This document shows, in pieces, positions 39,842-51,800 of a DNA stretch of 64,000 bases (positions within the stretch are counted from its first letter, which is position 1; each line of letters begins with the position of its first letter). A model generated the notes under the pieces. That model searched no databases and had not been told where the DNA came from. It was given only the letters and a program-made list of their open reading frames with translations. The DNA is from Botryllus schlosseri (lineage: Eukaryota): assembly GCA_051294905.1 (NCBI GenBank), contig CM119376.1:28148001-28212000 (forward strand). Direction: 5' to 3'. Position numbers and translations under genes: made by a program.

Positions 39842-42800
39842 GTACATCTATACCAGCGGTCGGGAACCTATGGCTCGCGAGCCATGTATGGCTCTTTTGG
39901 GTATGAGATATGGCTCTTTGCCAAATAAATATTTTTTGTTACTAAATTGATCAATATTACAGCAACTTGTTAGTAAAATTTCATCACGACCACAATAATT
40001 ATTCTCGTGAGCGTATAAACATGTCTTTGAGAGGTAAAGACAATGCCGTCTTCAGGGTCAGGGGCACGGACAGCCCTTTTCAAAATCCCCCAATTGAAGT
40101 TACTGTCGCGCCGGCGACGAATATCACGCGCGAATTCGATGTACCCGACTCGAAATCTTGGATTGCACGATACGTTGATTGATCAAAGAGAATAGCAGAC
40201 ATGGTGATGCCCATAAATGACAACGTAGTTATCAAATATACATACGCTCCGTTTTCCTGAAATGAACTGTCGTGGAAGTGACATTCGCAATTACAAACAA
40301 CGCCATAGCTATCCACGTTCTTGATTGGTATGTCGCTTTGTGACACCAGCGATAAAATATAGGCATGTATAGCGCAACGTTATGTTCTCGCCAAATACTT
40401 TCAGAATTGAGAAGTCGATCAGTATTTAGATTTTCGCAATCAGTGCAACAGTTACATTCAGTTCACATCAGTTATTATAAATTCTAAGCTATTTACGATG
40501 AATTGCGGTATCAATGGCGAAGTTTCGCCCGTCTGTGCCTTACCTATCGCATCGGGCTGTATTTTCGAATAATAAATATGCAAGTCGCCTAATTTTGGGA
40601 GGAAAATGTTCAAAATTCAGTCATTCATTAACATCGATAGAAAATACCAATAGTAATTGAAATTTTCACAATTTTCGTTCACTCATCGTAGCGACAGGTG
40701 ACGAACTGCCTCGCTTGCCTCCCCCGACCCCATGTCACTGATGTATCACACCTTACATTGGGTATATACGGCTATAGTGATCGTGTTTGACTCCATTTAC
40801 GGATGTGATCATGGGTTGTCGCAGTAAGCTACGTTCTCTTAACTCAAATTTCGCACGCTTGAATACGGTTACCAGCATGATTAGTACGAATTTTTTACAT
40901 AGAAAATGAGGCGCACACGACGAATCCCATGTGCTACCATGACGTCACAAATTTTCAATTGTGACGTAACAGTTGATCGACGTGTATGGCTCTTTGGGAG
41001 TTAAAATGGGAAAAATTGGGCCAATATGGCTCTTCGGACGAAAAAGGTTCCCGACCACTGATCTATACGAACCATGTATCCGTTGTGTAGTAGCACTAAT
41101 TGAACGATGCATATGACCACAGAAATCCCTAGCCGAAACACCTAATTTGGTAATCGCTAATTTGGTGACGCTTCGTGTGGCATTGTGTTTTAGGCATGTC
41201 CAATGTTCCCTCTAAGCTGCGCACGTGCGCAATTGCGCAGTGCCGAGACGGTATCTGTGCACAGAAAATCTAAGCTGCGCACAAAAAAAAAATCCGAAAT
41301 GATGACCTCTTTTTAGTCGTTATGCACTGTTGTCCAAGCGACCGCGCAGTGAGTTGGTGAGTGCGCGCAGTCTCATCGAAAATTAGAGGGAATATTGGGC
41401 ATGTCGTATATTCTGAAGCGTTGGTTGACCAAATAGGCAAGGGTTTAGTTTTCAGTGGTTCTCAACCTTTTTGTACTCACGCACCGGTAAAACTTCAAAA
41501 CATATGTTGCGGACCGGTGAACCTTCAAAATCCAAAATCTAGCCTTTTGGTAGTTAGGTATATATACGTGGTTCTGTTAAATGATGGTACTATGCATGGT
41601 TCTATTTAAGTTTCCATAAGGCGAAGCTCGAGATGAAGTAATTGTAATTGTTCGCTATCCTTTGAAAGAAATGCGACTTTGCTATTTTTATATAGCCACT
41701 ATTATACTGCCAAGTGACGCGTAATTTCACTTTTGGAATTTAACGAAGTTTTGTTTAAAGTCTCGGTAGCTTAATATATAACTTGTCCGAAACGAGTTGC
41801 CGGCTACCGTTTAGAAGTTTGTTATAGCTCTCGCCCCATTGTGACGCACGCCTAAAGTAGACCATCACCTCTCTAATGCGACATCATACAATAAGTCGAA
41901 ATCAATTTAAAATTCCATGTTTCATTTCTATAATTAATGAAAAAGTGCCCAACTTCGTGCATTTTAGAATTGAGATGTATAATTCATATATTAGATTAAA
42001 ATTAGCCAACTAGAATTATTTAGTTGTTCAAGTCTGGTTCAGAATCACTGGTTTAAATCACGACACATTGTGGCCTGATTGTCGTGTCACTGAAGCGAGT
42101 AGTTTGCGATCATTATGACATCATGAGAGTGGGAGGGAGTACATATCATCTGACTCGCCCACAACCATACACGTTCAGGGTATTCTTGATATTCTGGCGC
42201 TTGCTATTATGATATATTGGGTTCTATGGTCGGCTACAATACACAGCAAAATAGGACTTGTGTAATTAATGTGCTGGTTTCTGTGTTAACGCATATAAAT
42301 CAGAATGACCGTGGCCATTAATTTCACTTTTATAGTTTTGACTCGAGTCAAGTCGAGTTATTTTCAATTCACCACCGAGTCAAGTCCGAGTCCAAGTCAG
42401 CAAGCGGAGGGCCGAGTCCAAGTCATGGTATTATGACTCGAGTCGAGTCCAAGTCAGTGTGTTGACTGACCAGTTTCAAGCCAAAGTCTTGTTAAATCCA
42501 CTTTTTATAACTCTGCTTGGTGATATCGAATTGTTCACATTTATAATATACTAAGTTTCCTCAATTTTAGTAGTTTCTGACCGCAATTTCAAGTACCAGT
42601 ACCAATAGAAACAGTACCAACAGTGTGGTTACTGTACTATTCTTCGAAATGTCGGTCTTGGCCATCTGAGTCCAAGTCGAGTCAATGCACAGATTGACTC
42701 GAGTCGAGTCGAGTCATTTCCGTATTTTGAGAAAATGACTCGAGTCTGTCGAGTCATCATAAAATCGTGACTCGAGTCATCACAACCCTGCATGTGAGGT

Positions 42801-45800
42801 TACAAGGTTCATAAACTCAGTAGACTTATATAGGATACTATATTGCAAATGCTCTCTATGACAGTCCCAGTCCCATATTTCAGTGCTTTTATCAATACAG
42901 ATCGTTGCAGCAAACGTCGGCAGTGATGACGTGCCTATCAGAAACTTGAAAGATCCGATTGAGATGAATTTCTCCGGGGAGAAGAAGAAGCCCGGGCAGA
43001 AATCCGGAGCGAGCTTTAACGTAAGTATGCCTTTGTCCATACCCCATGCCGCTTCAACTGAATAGTGATAGCTCAAGTGTGATCCAATATCTCGTAATTA
43101 TCTAATACGACGAAAATGCTGCAAGTCTGCATACTGAAGGGCATCGGCGATAGTACTGTGTGGGCATATGTTGTGTTGAGATCATTGGTCACTGGTCACT
43201 GTGGTCAGTAGGCTATATTTGAAACCTCACAAATATCAGCAAACATCAGAAATAGAGTCTGTGGGTGGGTAAACTCACGGCTATGAAAATCGTACGACTC
43301 CCCCGCCCAAATTCGCGGGTCGGTAGCAAAGTTTTCACGAGTCTTCGCGCACTCACCAACTCACTGTGCGGTTCCTTGGACAACAGTTCGTAACGACAAA
43401 AAAGGTCATCACTTCGTTTTTCTTGTGCGTGGCGCAGATTTTTCTGTGCGCAGCGACAGCTTAGAGGGAACATTGGTCGGTAAAGTGTTAGCCTATAGCA
43501 AGGGTTTATGTCATTTACATCTGATACAATTTCACCTCGACTGTGCGGAGAGACTACCGTAAAATTGCATGAATAACATCATCTACATATTTAATTGCCT
43601 GCAAAACGTCATTCCCTAATTCCATACCTGCAGAAAACGGTTACACACTTTACATTCTGTGTTGATTTCAATTTTTGGATATCCACCAGTCCGCCGAATA
43701 TTTTTTGAATTTCTACCCACTCGGGAGCTAAAATTGCTTGGGAGCCACTGTACTAGTTGAAATAAATGAGCCTCATACACCCGTCGTCCTATGCATATGA
43801 ATGCGGTGAGACGGCAGTAGGCACATCACCTTTTGTCAATAATGTACCTGTAAATCATATCTCGGACATAGTCTATTCTCAGGCTGCTGTGAATCCCCAT
43901 TATAGTTTGTCTCGAGTGTCTCTCAAACATTTTTGAGTTAGCGCCCCCCGCTCCCTGGACCCCAACCCCTAACCACGCCTAAATTAACAAATAATAAATA
44001 ATAAATAATAAACAAAAGTTTTTCTGCATTTATCACAACTACCAATGACACACATGAAGCTGTGCATCATCATTGTTATATGGGGTTTGGGCGTTGATAA
44101 GAACAATCTAAAATTTCGACGTTCCGATGCGTCAAGTTGGTGCCTGCTGCGTCAAAAGCTTCGTCACGGCATTGAAAGCAGTGTCCCATACCGTCCAATT
44201 TATATCCGGTGCCCCCAATCGCCCATTGCCGGAGTCCCCATGAATGACGCTCGAGGGTGCTTGCGCCTATGTTGGGGATCACTGGTTTACATTGTAACAT
44301 GATCTGAACGGAGGTGATCAAACTGATTATGTAGGCTACATGATCGAGATAACCAACTATACGTTGGTGTAGATTGGGAACATTGAAATAGCAAAGCCAC
44401 AAACTCCATTAGGATTGAATGTTGATGGACACCAAAACGGAGTAAAACTGCTCGGTCCGTACTCACGTCCGCCTTCCTGATTGCGTACAGCTCTACCCAC
44501 GTTCATAAACCATAAAATGCTATAATATACTGTGCTATGTCGCGATGCAATAATTACGTTGAATCAAGCACTGCATGCTTGGCCGGAAGTACAATGGAAT
44601 TGGACGTTAGACGTTAGAATGACACGAAACCAGGAAGACTCCGTGTCATTGTAATCCACTACAGAGGCATGAACACAGGCAGAATCGCTGAAATAAGTAT
44701 GGTATCTCCCAATTGCTAGCAATTGCTAGTGTCACGTTCACAACCAATCCAATATCACGTGTATTTATCTAGAAATTTCCAATCAGCTGGAAACACCACC
44801 CTGTGTAACGTTTAGTTTCGGATCAGTATTGAACAGTGATCGTTTTCCAGAGAACGATGGATTTCTTCAAATGTGGGTATTGGAATGTTGGTAAAAGCGA
44901 GTGGCGCTACGACGGGTGTGTATGGGTCGTGGACAGCGACGATAAGTTGACCAGATGCCAGTGTAATCACTTAACCAACTTCGCTTTACTTGTGGTAAGT
45001 AAACTCCCACTTCCATCGTTATCGCCTACAGCGTGACTTAATTTATACCATGTTTGCTGAGGCTTTAATCGAATGCATATTCGACATCCCACCCCAAACG
45101 AATGATGATTGTGAATATACTTTGATTTTGAATCAATATTGCAGCGTACATCCACGATAAATCATCCAACATAAATATCGCGTTATACAGACAACTCCGC
45201 TTAATGCGGACGATTCGTGTGGTTTAAAGCATGTTGTTATCGTTGATTTTTGATTTTAATTTTACCATACTGATTTTATTGGTTATTTTGGTTTTTCAAA
45301 TTTTCGGCCGAGATGCGTGAATTTGGTTTATTATCGGACAATTATCTGCATTTTATATAAACCTGAGATAGCATCTCGTCACCGGCACCGGTATAGTTCA
45401 GCTATTTGACAGACAGACGGGAAAAGAGCAAAGAGCGATAGTCAATCAATATGTTAGCGTTTTGCTGTGGATACTAGTTAATTGCATGCGACATGCTGCT
45501 GCTATTTCCGAGGCAGTGGCGGGATGCCGCAAACGAAGCGCAATCCGGAGTCTCTATCGAATTCGAAAAATTCCCTCATCTCTGATCCAGTTTGCGGGCA
45601 GAAACCACTCCATCGATCAAGATAAAGATGCAACTACTATTGAAACATCCCGATTTGACTCAACATGTTTCATTGCTACTAGAGCAGATCAGTATAATGA
45701 TTCGGGCGACCCATCATTATAATATAAGTTAAAAGTTTTCAGCTATCATTACCACATAGGTTGAACGTTTTCAGCTATCTGGATGATGATTCACAGCCCC

Positions 45801-48800
45801 ACATTATTAAAGCTAATCGTTATCCTTCGTCACCTTGATTGACATGGTCGTCATTCATCCCATTTTCTTTTGTTCGTGTTGTTGTTATTATGAGTAAAAA
45901 AACACAAAAAACTAAAAAAATCATTATTTGAATTATTTAATTGATTGAAATCGATTTTAATCAAGGGCAAAATGATTTTACCCAGAACCCTGCGGTCATC
46001 CAAGCAGTGTTGTTGAATGATTTGTCGTACTACGTGCTCTGATAGCCTCGGCAAATCCTGCGCAACAATGATGTGATATATACGTTGACTATAAAAGCGT
46101 AAATGATAGGGACGTGCAAAAGTAATCTTTTTGATCTCTGAATTTGTTACAGGCAACGAACGCCCTGGAACCCAATGTGCCCCTGGAAACGGTCAGCATA
46201 ATCGGAATGTCGCTTTCCATGCTGGGTCTCCTGCTTACCATTATCATCCATGCAATCAAAGAGTAGGTTACTATTTCGGAAGATATTTTTGAAGTAAATG
46301 TTACGCAGCTATACGACCACAAGTTTTAACCTCATAAATGCATTTTTTATTGTGTTTTGGTACTTTATGATTTTAACTACAAACCATCGTGGTAATTAAA
46401 TCAATAACTAAGTGTATTTTAGTTCACTTCGACGCGTACAGCTTGAGGCGACACTATGTACCAAGCCCAACTAACGCCTTATGACCCGTACAAAGTTCAA
46501 AGTCCTGCTCCGAAATATGTTCTGACCTGACAGTATTTTTGTTACTTCGATTCAGAGACATCAGAAAAAGACGGCCCACGCAGATATTATTCCACATATG
46601 CGTTAACTTACTGATATCCAGCATAATATTTATTGTTGGGATCGACAGAAATGAGAACAGAAGCACGTGTACTCTGATCGCAAGTTTTATGCATTACTTC
46701 TACCTGACTACCTGGTGTTGGATGGCCGTCTATTCGTACGATATGTACAGGTCGCTGGTTATGGTAAGCCGTTTTCTATGTGAAGCTGGTACAGTACATG
46801 TACAACGTTTACACTATGCTGCACTCATTCAATAGGTATTCGGAGCGAGCAAGTCGCGTTATATGACGAAGTGTACCTTAGTAGGGTACGGGGTGCCGTT
46901 ACTGGTAATGACACTGGACGTTGGAATAACGGTGGGATATGTGGACAAGATCATTCCACCGAACATTTATGTTCAAGGTATAAGCTTGGGATGTCGCTGT
47001 CCCAAGTTCTTTGACGGCCAATTGTTTTCTGAAACTTCTTTTTTGTTCGTGCGTTCATACAAGGCGCACTCCATTACGGGAGTTAAGATTATAAAATTAA
47101 ATCTTATGGTCGTGTCGGTGTTTTCTGTATCGAAACATGACTTGTACCAGGTTTTACTAATTGCACTATGCTTACACAAGTGTTAGGATTTTAGACTTTT
47201 AGACTTCCACCTAAAGCGGTGGTTCCCAACCGGTGGGGAGTTCCCCCCTTGTGGGGAATCAAGAGGTTTCTGGTGGCGAACAGACGCACTAGTCCAGTGG
47301 TTCCCAACCTTTTTCATCTCGTGCCTCCCTTGGCCGAAATTTAAGCCAAAATTCCCCCCTTGGGATAAATCTGCCCGACGATTAAAAAAGGTCATTTTTA
47401 CCGCGTAAACACCTGTTGACTGAGTGAATAAGACGGGCGGTACCGAGTGTTTGTTTCTAGCAGTGTTGTAATAACACTTTGTAGACCTCCAACAACAATG
47501 GTCTTGCTCGCAATCAAACAAATTGTGGAACGCTTGACTGAACAGTTCAAGTTTGCGTATGCATTTGACCAATAATATTGGTACTTTTGTATATAGGAGG
47601 GTTGACCAGACTCGAGTCTGACTCGACTCTCCATTTTCTGACGACTCGACTTGACTCGAGTCATTTTCTCAAAATACGGAAACGACTCGACTTGACTGGG
47701 GTATTGAGTCGACTTGGACTTGAGTCATTGAGCATTCGTCGAACCAAGCCATATGACTCGAGGCTATAAGACGGCAAAGACCGACATTTCATTGTAATTT
47801 AGAAGAACAGTACAGCGACCACCCTATTAGAATTTCGTCTATTGATCCTGGTACTTGACAATGCGACAAGAAACTGCTCAAAGTGAGGAAAATTAGTATA
47901 TCATAAATCCAAATCATTCAATATCACCAAACAGGGGTGTGACTTGGACTCGGACTCGAGTCATAATACCATTACTCGGACTCGACCCTCTGCTCTGTGA
48001 CTTGGACTCGAACTTGACTCAATGATGAATTAAAAATGACACGACTTGACTCGAGTCAAAACTATGAAAGTGAGATTGACTTGTGACTCGGAGCCTCGTG
48101 ATTTAGTTACAGCCCTGATATATAACATACACGTGATCAGATTCCCTGCTGGAGCTCCTTGAAATTTAGGACACCCATTACGTTTCGGCAACATTGCACC
48201 AAGTTTAATATGTCTTTTTTTGATCGGGTAGCTGTTCTTTGACTTGAATCGATGACGTTGGAATATTTTGTCACTGTCTGAAAATGTTGACTTGAAAATA
48301 TAAGGTAAATAATTTCACTAGAGGCCTCGTTATGACAGATTCGGCTCAACATTTGCTCGCTTAGGATATAGTTGATTGAGAGGCCGTCGCTTGCCTACAA
48401 AATTGTCTTGCGAGCTGCAGCACATCTGAACTAGTTTGAAAAAAGGGGGGAATTTGTATATGAAAAAGAGATTTCAAATAGCATTTAAACATACTTTCAG
48501 CAAGCGAAAAACAGCCATGAGGAGCATACGTTCGGATTTAACTGGTTGACTAAATGACAGTTCGGACATGAACAATTTGGAAAATCCGTTACAATTTCAA
48601 AGTGGAATTCCTCCCTAAAAATTGCAAAATTCCCCCCAGGGGGGGAATTCCTCCCCGGTTGGGAACCACTGCACTAGTCAAATAAATACATACAGTACGG
48701 AGGCATAACACCACAATAACGATCACAGCTCACTGCTGCTCTGGACTGTATGCGTTGTTAATGTTATGGCGTGTTGTTGACAAAAACTTATTCTGGAGTC

Positions 48801-51800
48801 CGGATCACAAACATTGAGGTCCTAAACACGTTTAGTCCGAGTAGCATGGTGTGCAATGAAGCTTTCGCAGACTTTTGTGAGTTACCGGTATGCACAAGAT
48901 GTTGTATGTTGCAGTTAAAGGCGATGTCTCAGGGATATTGGATGCACTAAAATTAGCAAATAGCTTGTCCGTGACATCCCACATGCCCCGCTGGTGAACT
49001 TGAAGCTTGATAACATGTAATGACTAAAGTTGAAAGAAAATCGGACCATAGTTAACTCGACCTGGGATTCACGTTTATTCAGGCAAATTATCAGCAACTG
49101 CAACCGTCAATGGTTTTATTTACACGGGTCGTTATTATCAATCCTGGGGCGTCTTAACCTGCACCAATAGAAAGTCGTCACTGAATAAATTCTTGCCAAA
49201 TTTTATTGGAAGGGACAGGTACAGGGATTTTAGGTTGTGGGGAGTGATGACTCGGGAATGAAAAAAAGGTTGGGAACCACTGATCTTATATGCAAAAATA
49301 TGGCACTATGGAATACATATTTTTCATTCACTTGAAAATTGTTACTTCTACTTCTACGACATTTCGGGTCGTCAGAGGTGGGTCGTACAGAAGTTCTTAT
49401 ACCCTTACGGAACAATCGAGTAACCTTTGCTTATCACGGTAACTCGCTTTATATATTCGGAAATACGCCTATAGTGTCACTTGTCATTATGCATTGGTCG
49501 CAACGATACGTCGTCCAACTTAGAAAGTAGCTACCTTCCGTTAACTGCTAAACATATGTCCCTCCTCGAACTAAGCTACTTTTGAAACTATACACCTATA
49601 AGTTAAACGTATAAGTGATAAGTTTCAGACCCTCAATAATCCACCTGAAATTGTTATAAAAATCTTGGAAATCCCTACTTTCAACTTGTAGTTAGTAGAA
49701 ATATCAGTGGTGGTCAAAATAGTCACCAAAGCTACTCAAGTAGGAGTAGAAGAATCGACGCAAAAATAAAGGGGAGATGTGGTACCGATGGATCACTGGG
49801 ACCGAAAATACTTGAAAAATTCTCCATGATAATTCCATGATTACACTCCGTGAATCTGTCTACAATTACATGCTGACAGAATCTTTCCTCGCATGCAAAA
49901 AATTCGACCTGCGTGAGTTATGGGGTCTGTGACGACTGATTTACGTTTTAGGGGGTGTAAAGTAAATTTTGATCGACATTTGCATTTTTCTATATCCTCT
50001 TGCAGACTAACAAACCCGCCATAATTTTAGATGTGAAGTATAGGGCTTGTATCAGCGTATATAATGGCACATATTTTTTGAATCAATGCTATCCTTAAGT
50101 GGACTATTTTCAAGTCAATTGCAATATTTATGGGGTGGGGGGGACCTACGGTACCATAGTCGAATCAAGCAAAATGGATGGACCAACTAATCACTTAGCA
50201 ACAGAAACTCGCCTACCTATATATAGGCTGTAAATCATAGTTACCTGTGGTGTTTTATCGCTATTACGAGGTATTTGAAAGTCAAAATGTCGATTGGCGG
50301 GTAATATGTATGTGACAATAATTTTGTAAGTTTAGGCGTAAATCAAAACATGATTTTATGCCAACATTTGTGTTGATATGATCTATTTTATTCTTGAAGG
50401 TCGCGACGAAACAGTTTTCATTGGCTTCCTGTAGCTTAGCTTATAGTACACAACAATACAAGTTAACAAATTAGAGTTTTTGAACGTATGTCTCATAGGT
50501 CCCATGGTCGTGTGCCTTTGGACCCACCGGGTGGGGACCGATGACACGTTCGAGCAACAAATTTTAAACGTTTATAAATATTTTTTGAAAAGGCGGATAT
50601 TCATGTAAATGTCCGCGATAGGTAGAGCTTGTATCGAAGTGTTGAGATAGCAAAAGATCTGCTATTCTCGGCTGAAGATTTGAGGGCCAGAGATCATTTT
50701 GCAATTTTTGATCCATCGGTAGCACATCTCCCCTACTCAGCATGATTTGAAAGAGTACTTTTAAAAGCAACCTTAAGCTACTTCAAGTATAATTTACTGG
50801 CTTTAAATCTACTCAAGTCAAGTAAGCGGATGCTAGAACTGTCATGATACGATCGCATGGACTGTCAACAGCAGCAAATTGAGCTGTGCGGAGGTGCAGC
50901 GAGCTTGATTCACATTGATGCAACCCCGGAGGTATCAGATTTCGACAGCATAAGCAGTCGACCACATCATGAGATGCAAATGACAGTTTTTCTATGCTGG
51001 AATAGTGATTCTTAACTCCACCTCATTATGAGATCCGCAGTTGGAAGAGGAGCAATGTGGTATGTGGAGAAGTTGTATCGGATACGGTGTTAACACTTTA
51101 CGCGATTAGTATATACGTGAATAAAAAATACGTCGGCTCGTAAAATGCCATATATTGTCATTTTATTTCCGGAAAAGAGAGACATTACTAAACTTGGTCT
51201 TGAACTTCAGCATGTATGTTCCCCGGAAAAAATGAATTGGAATTAATCGGAACTCGAAGTAATGATATCGCGAATGAAAAGAGAAATGCAAATGCAATTT
51301 CTAAAAATGGAAAATATATTTCATGTCTTTCGTCCAGAAAGTTCAGCGGCGGTCTGCTAAAACAGGCCTAACGATAAAAAATATCCAGATACCACTATTC
51401 CAGATTGAGACACGCCATGTGCTGCTAGATTACGATACGATAGGCAGCTATATTTACTGTGTTGAAACATGTCGTATGGGCGACGGTGGGGTGTGAACGG
51501 AACCAGCACGTAACCCGCTACCTTAATTATATTCACCAGTAATTTCTTGAGAACATATTTGTCACTCCATATCTTCTTTGTAAGAAGCGCGGCGAAAATG
51601 CTGGGCTTTACTTTACTTTTGGGAATATTAATATATTGTTAGTAGTCCTACTCCGTGAAAACAGCCTTGAAATTCGTCAGGATCTCTTTAATTGGAGGAA
51701 TATATTATTTCTACTAGACAAACTGAAAATAGCGAAAAGCATATAAGTAAGTCACACAATATTACAATGTAGAAGTAGGGGGGAAATTTTATTTACTTTA

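Noticed and set aside
42340-42790. GACTCGAGTC palindromic array as CRISPR/iteron
   Set aside because: Spacing is irregular and the array lies inside a MITE with an inverted copy at 47597.
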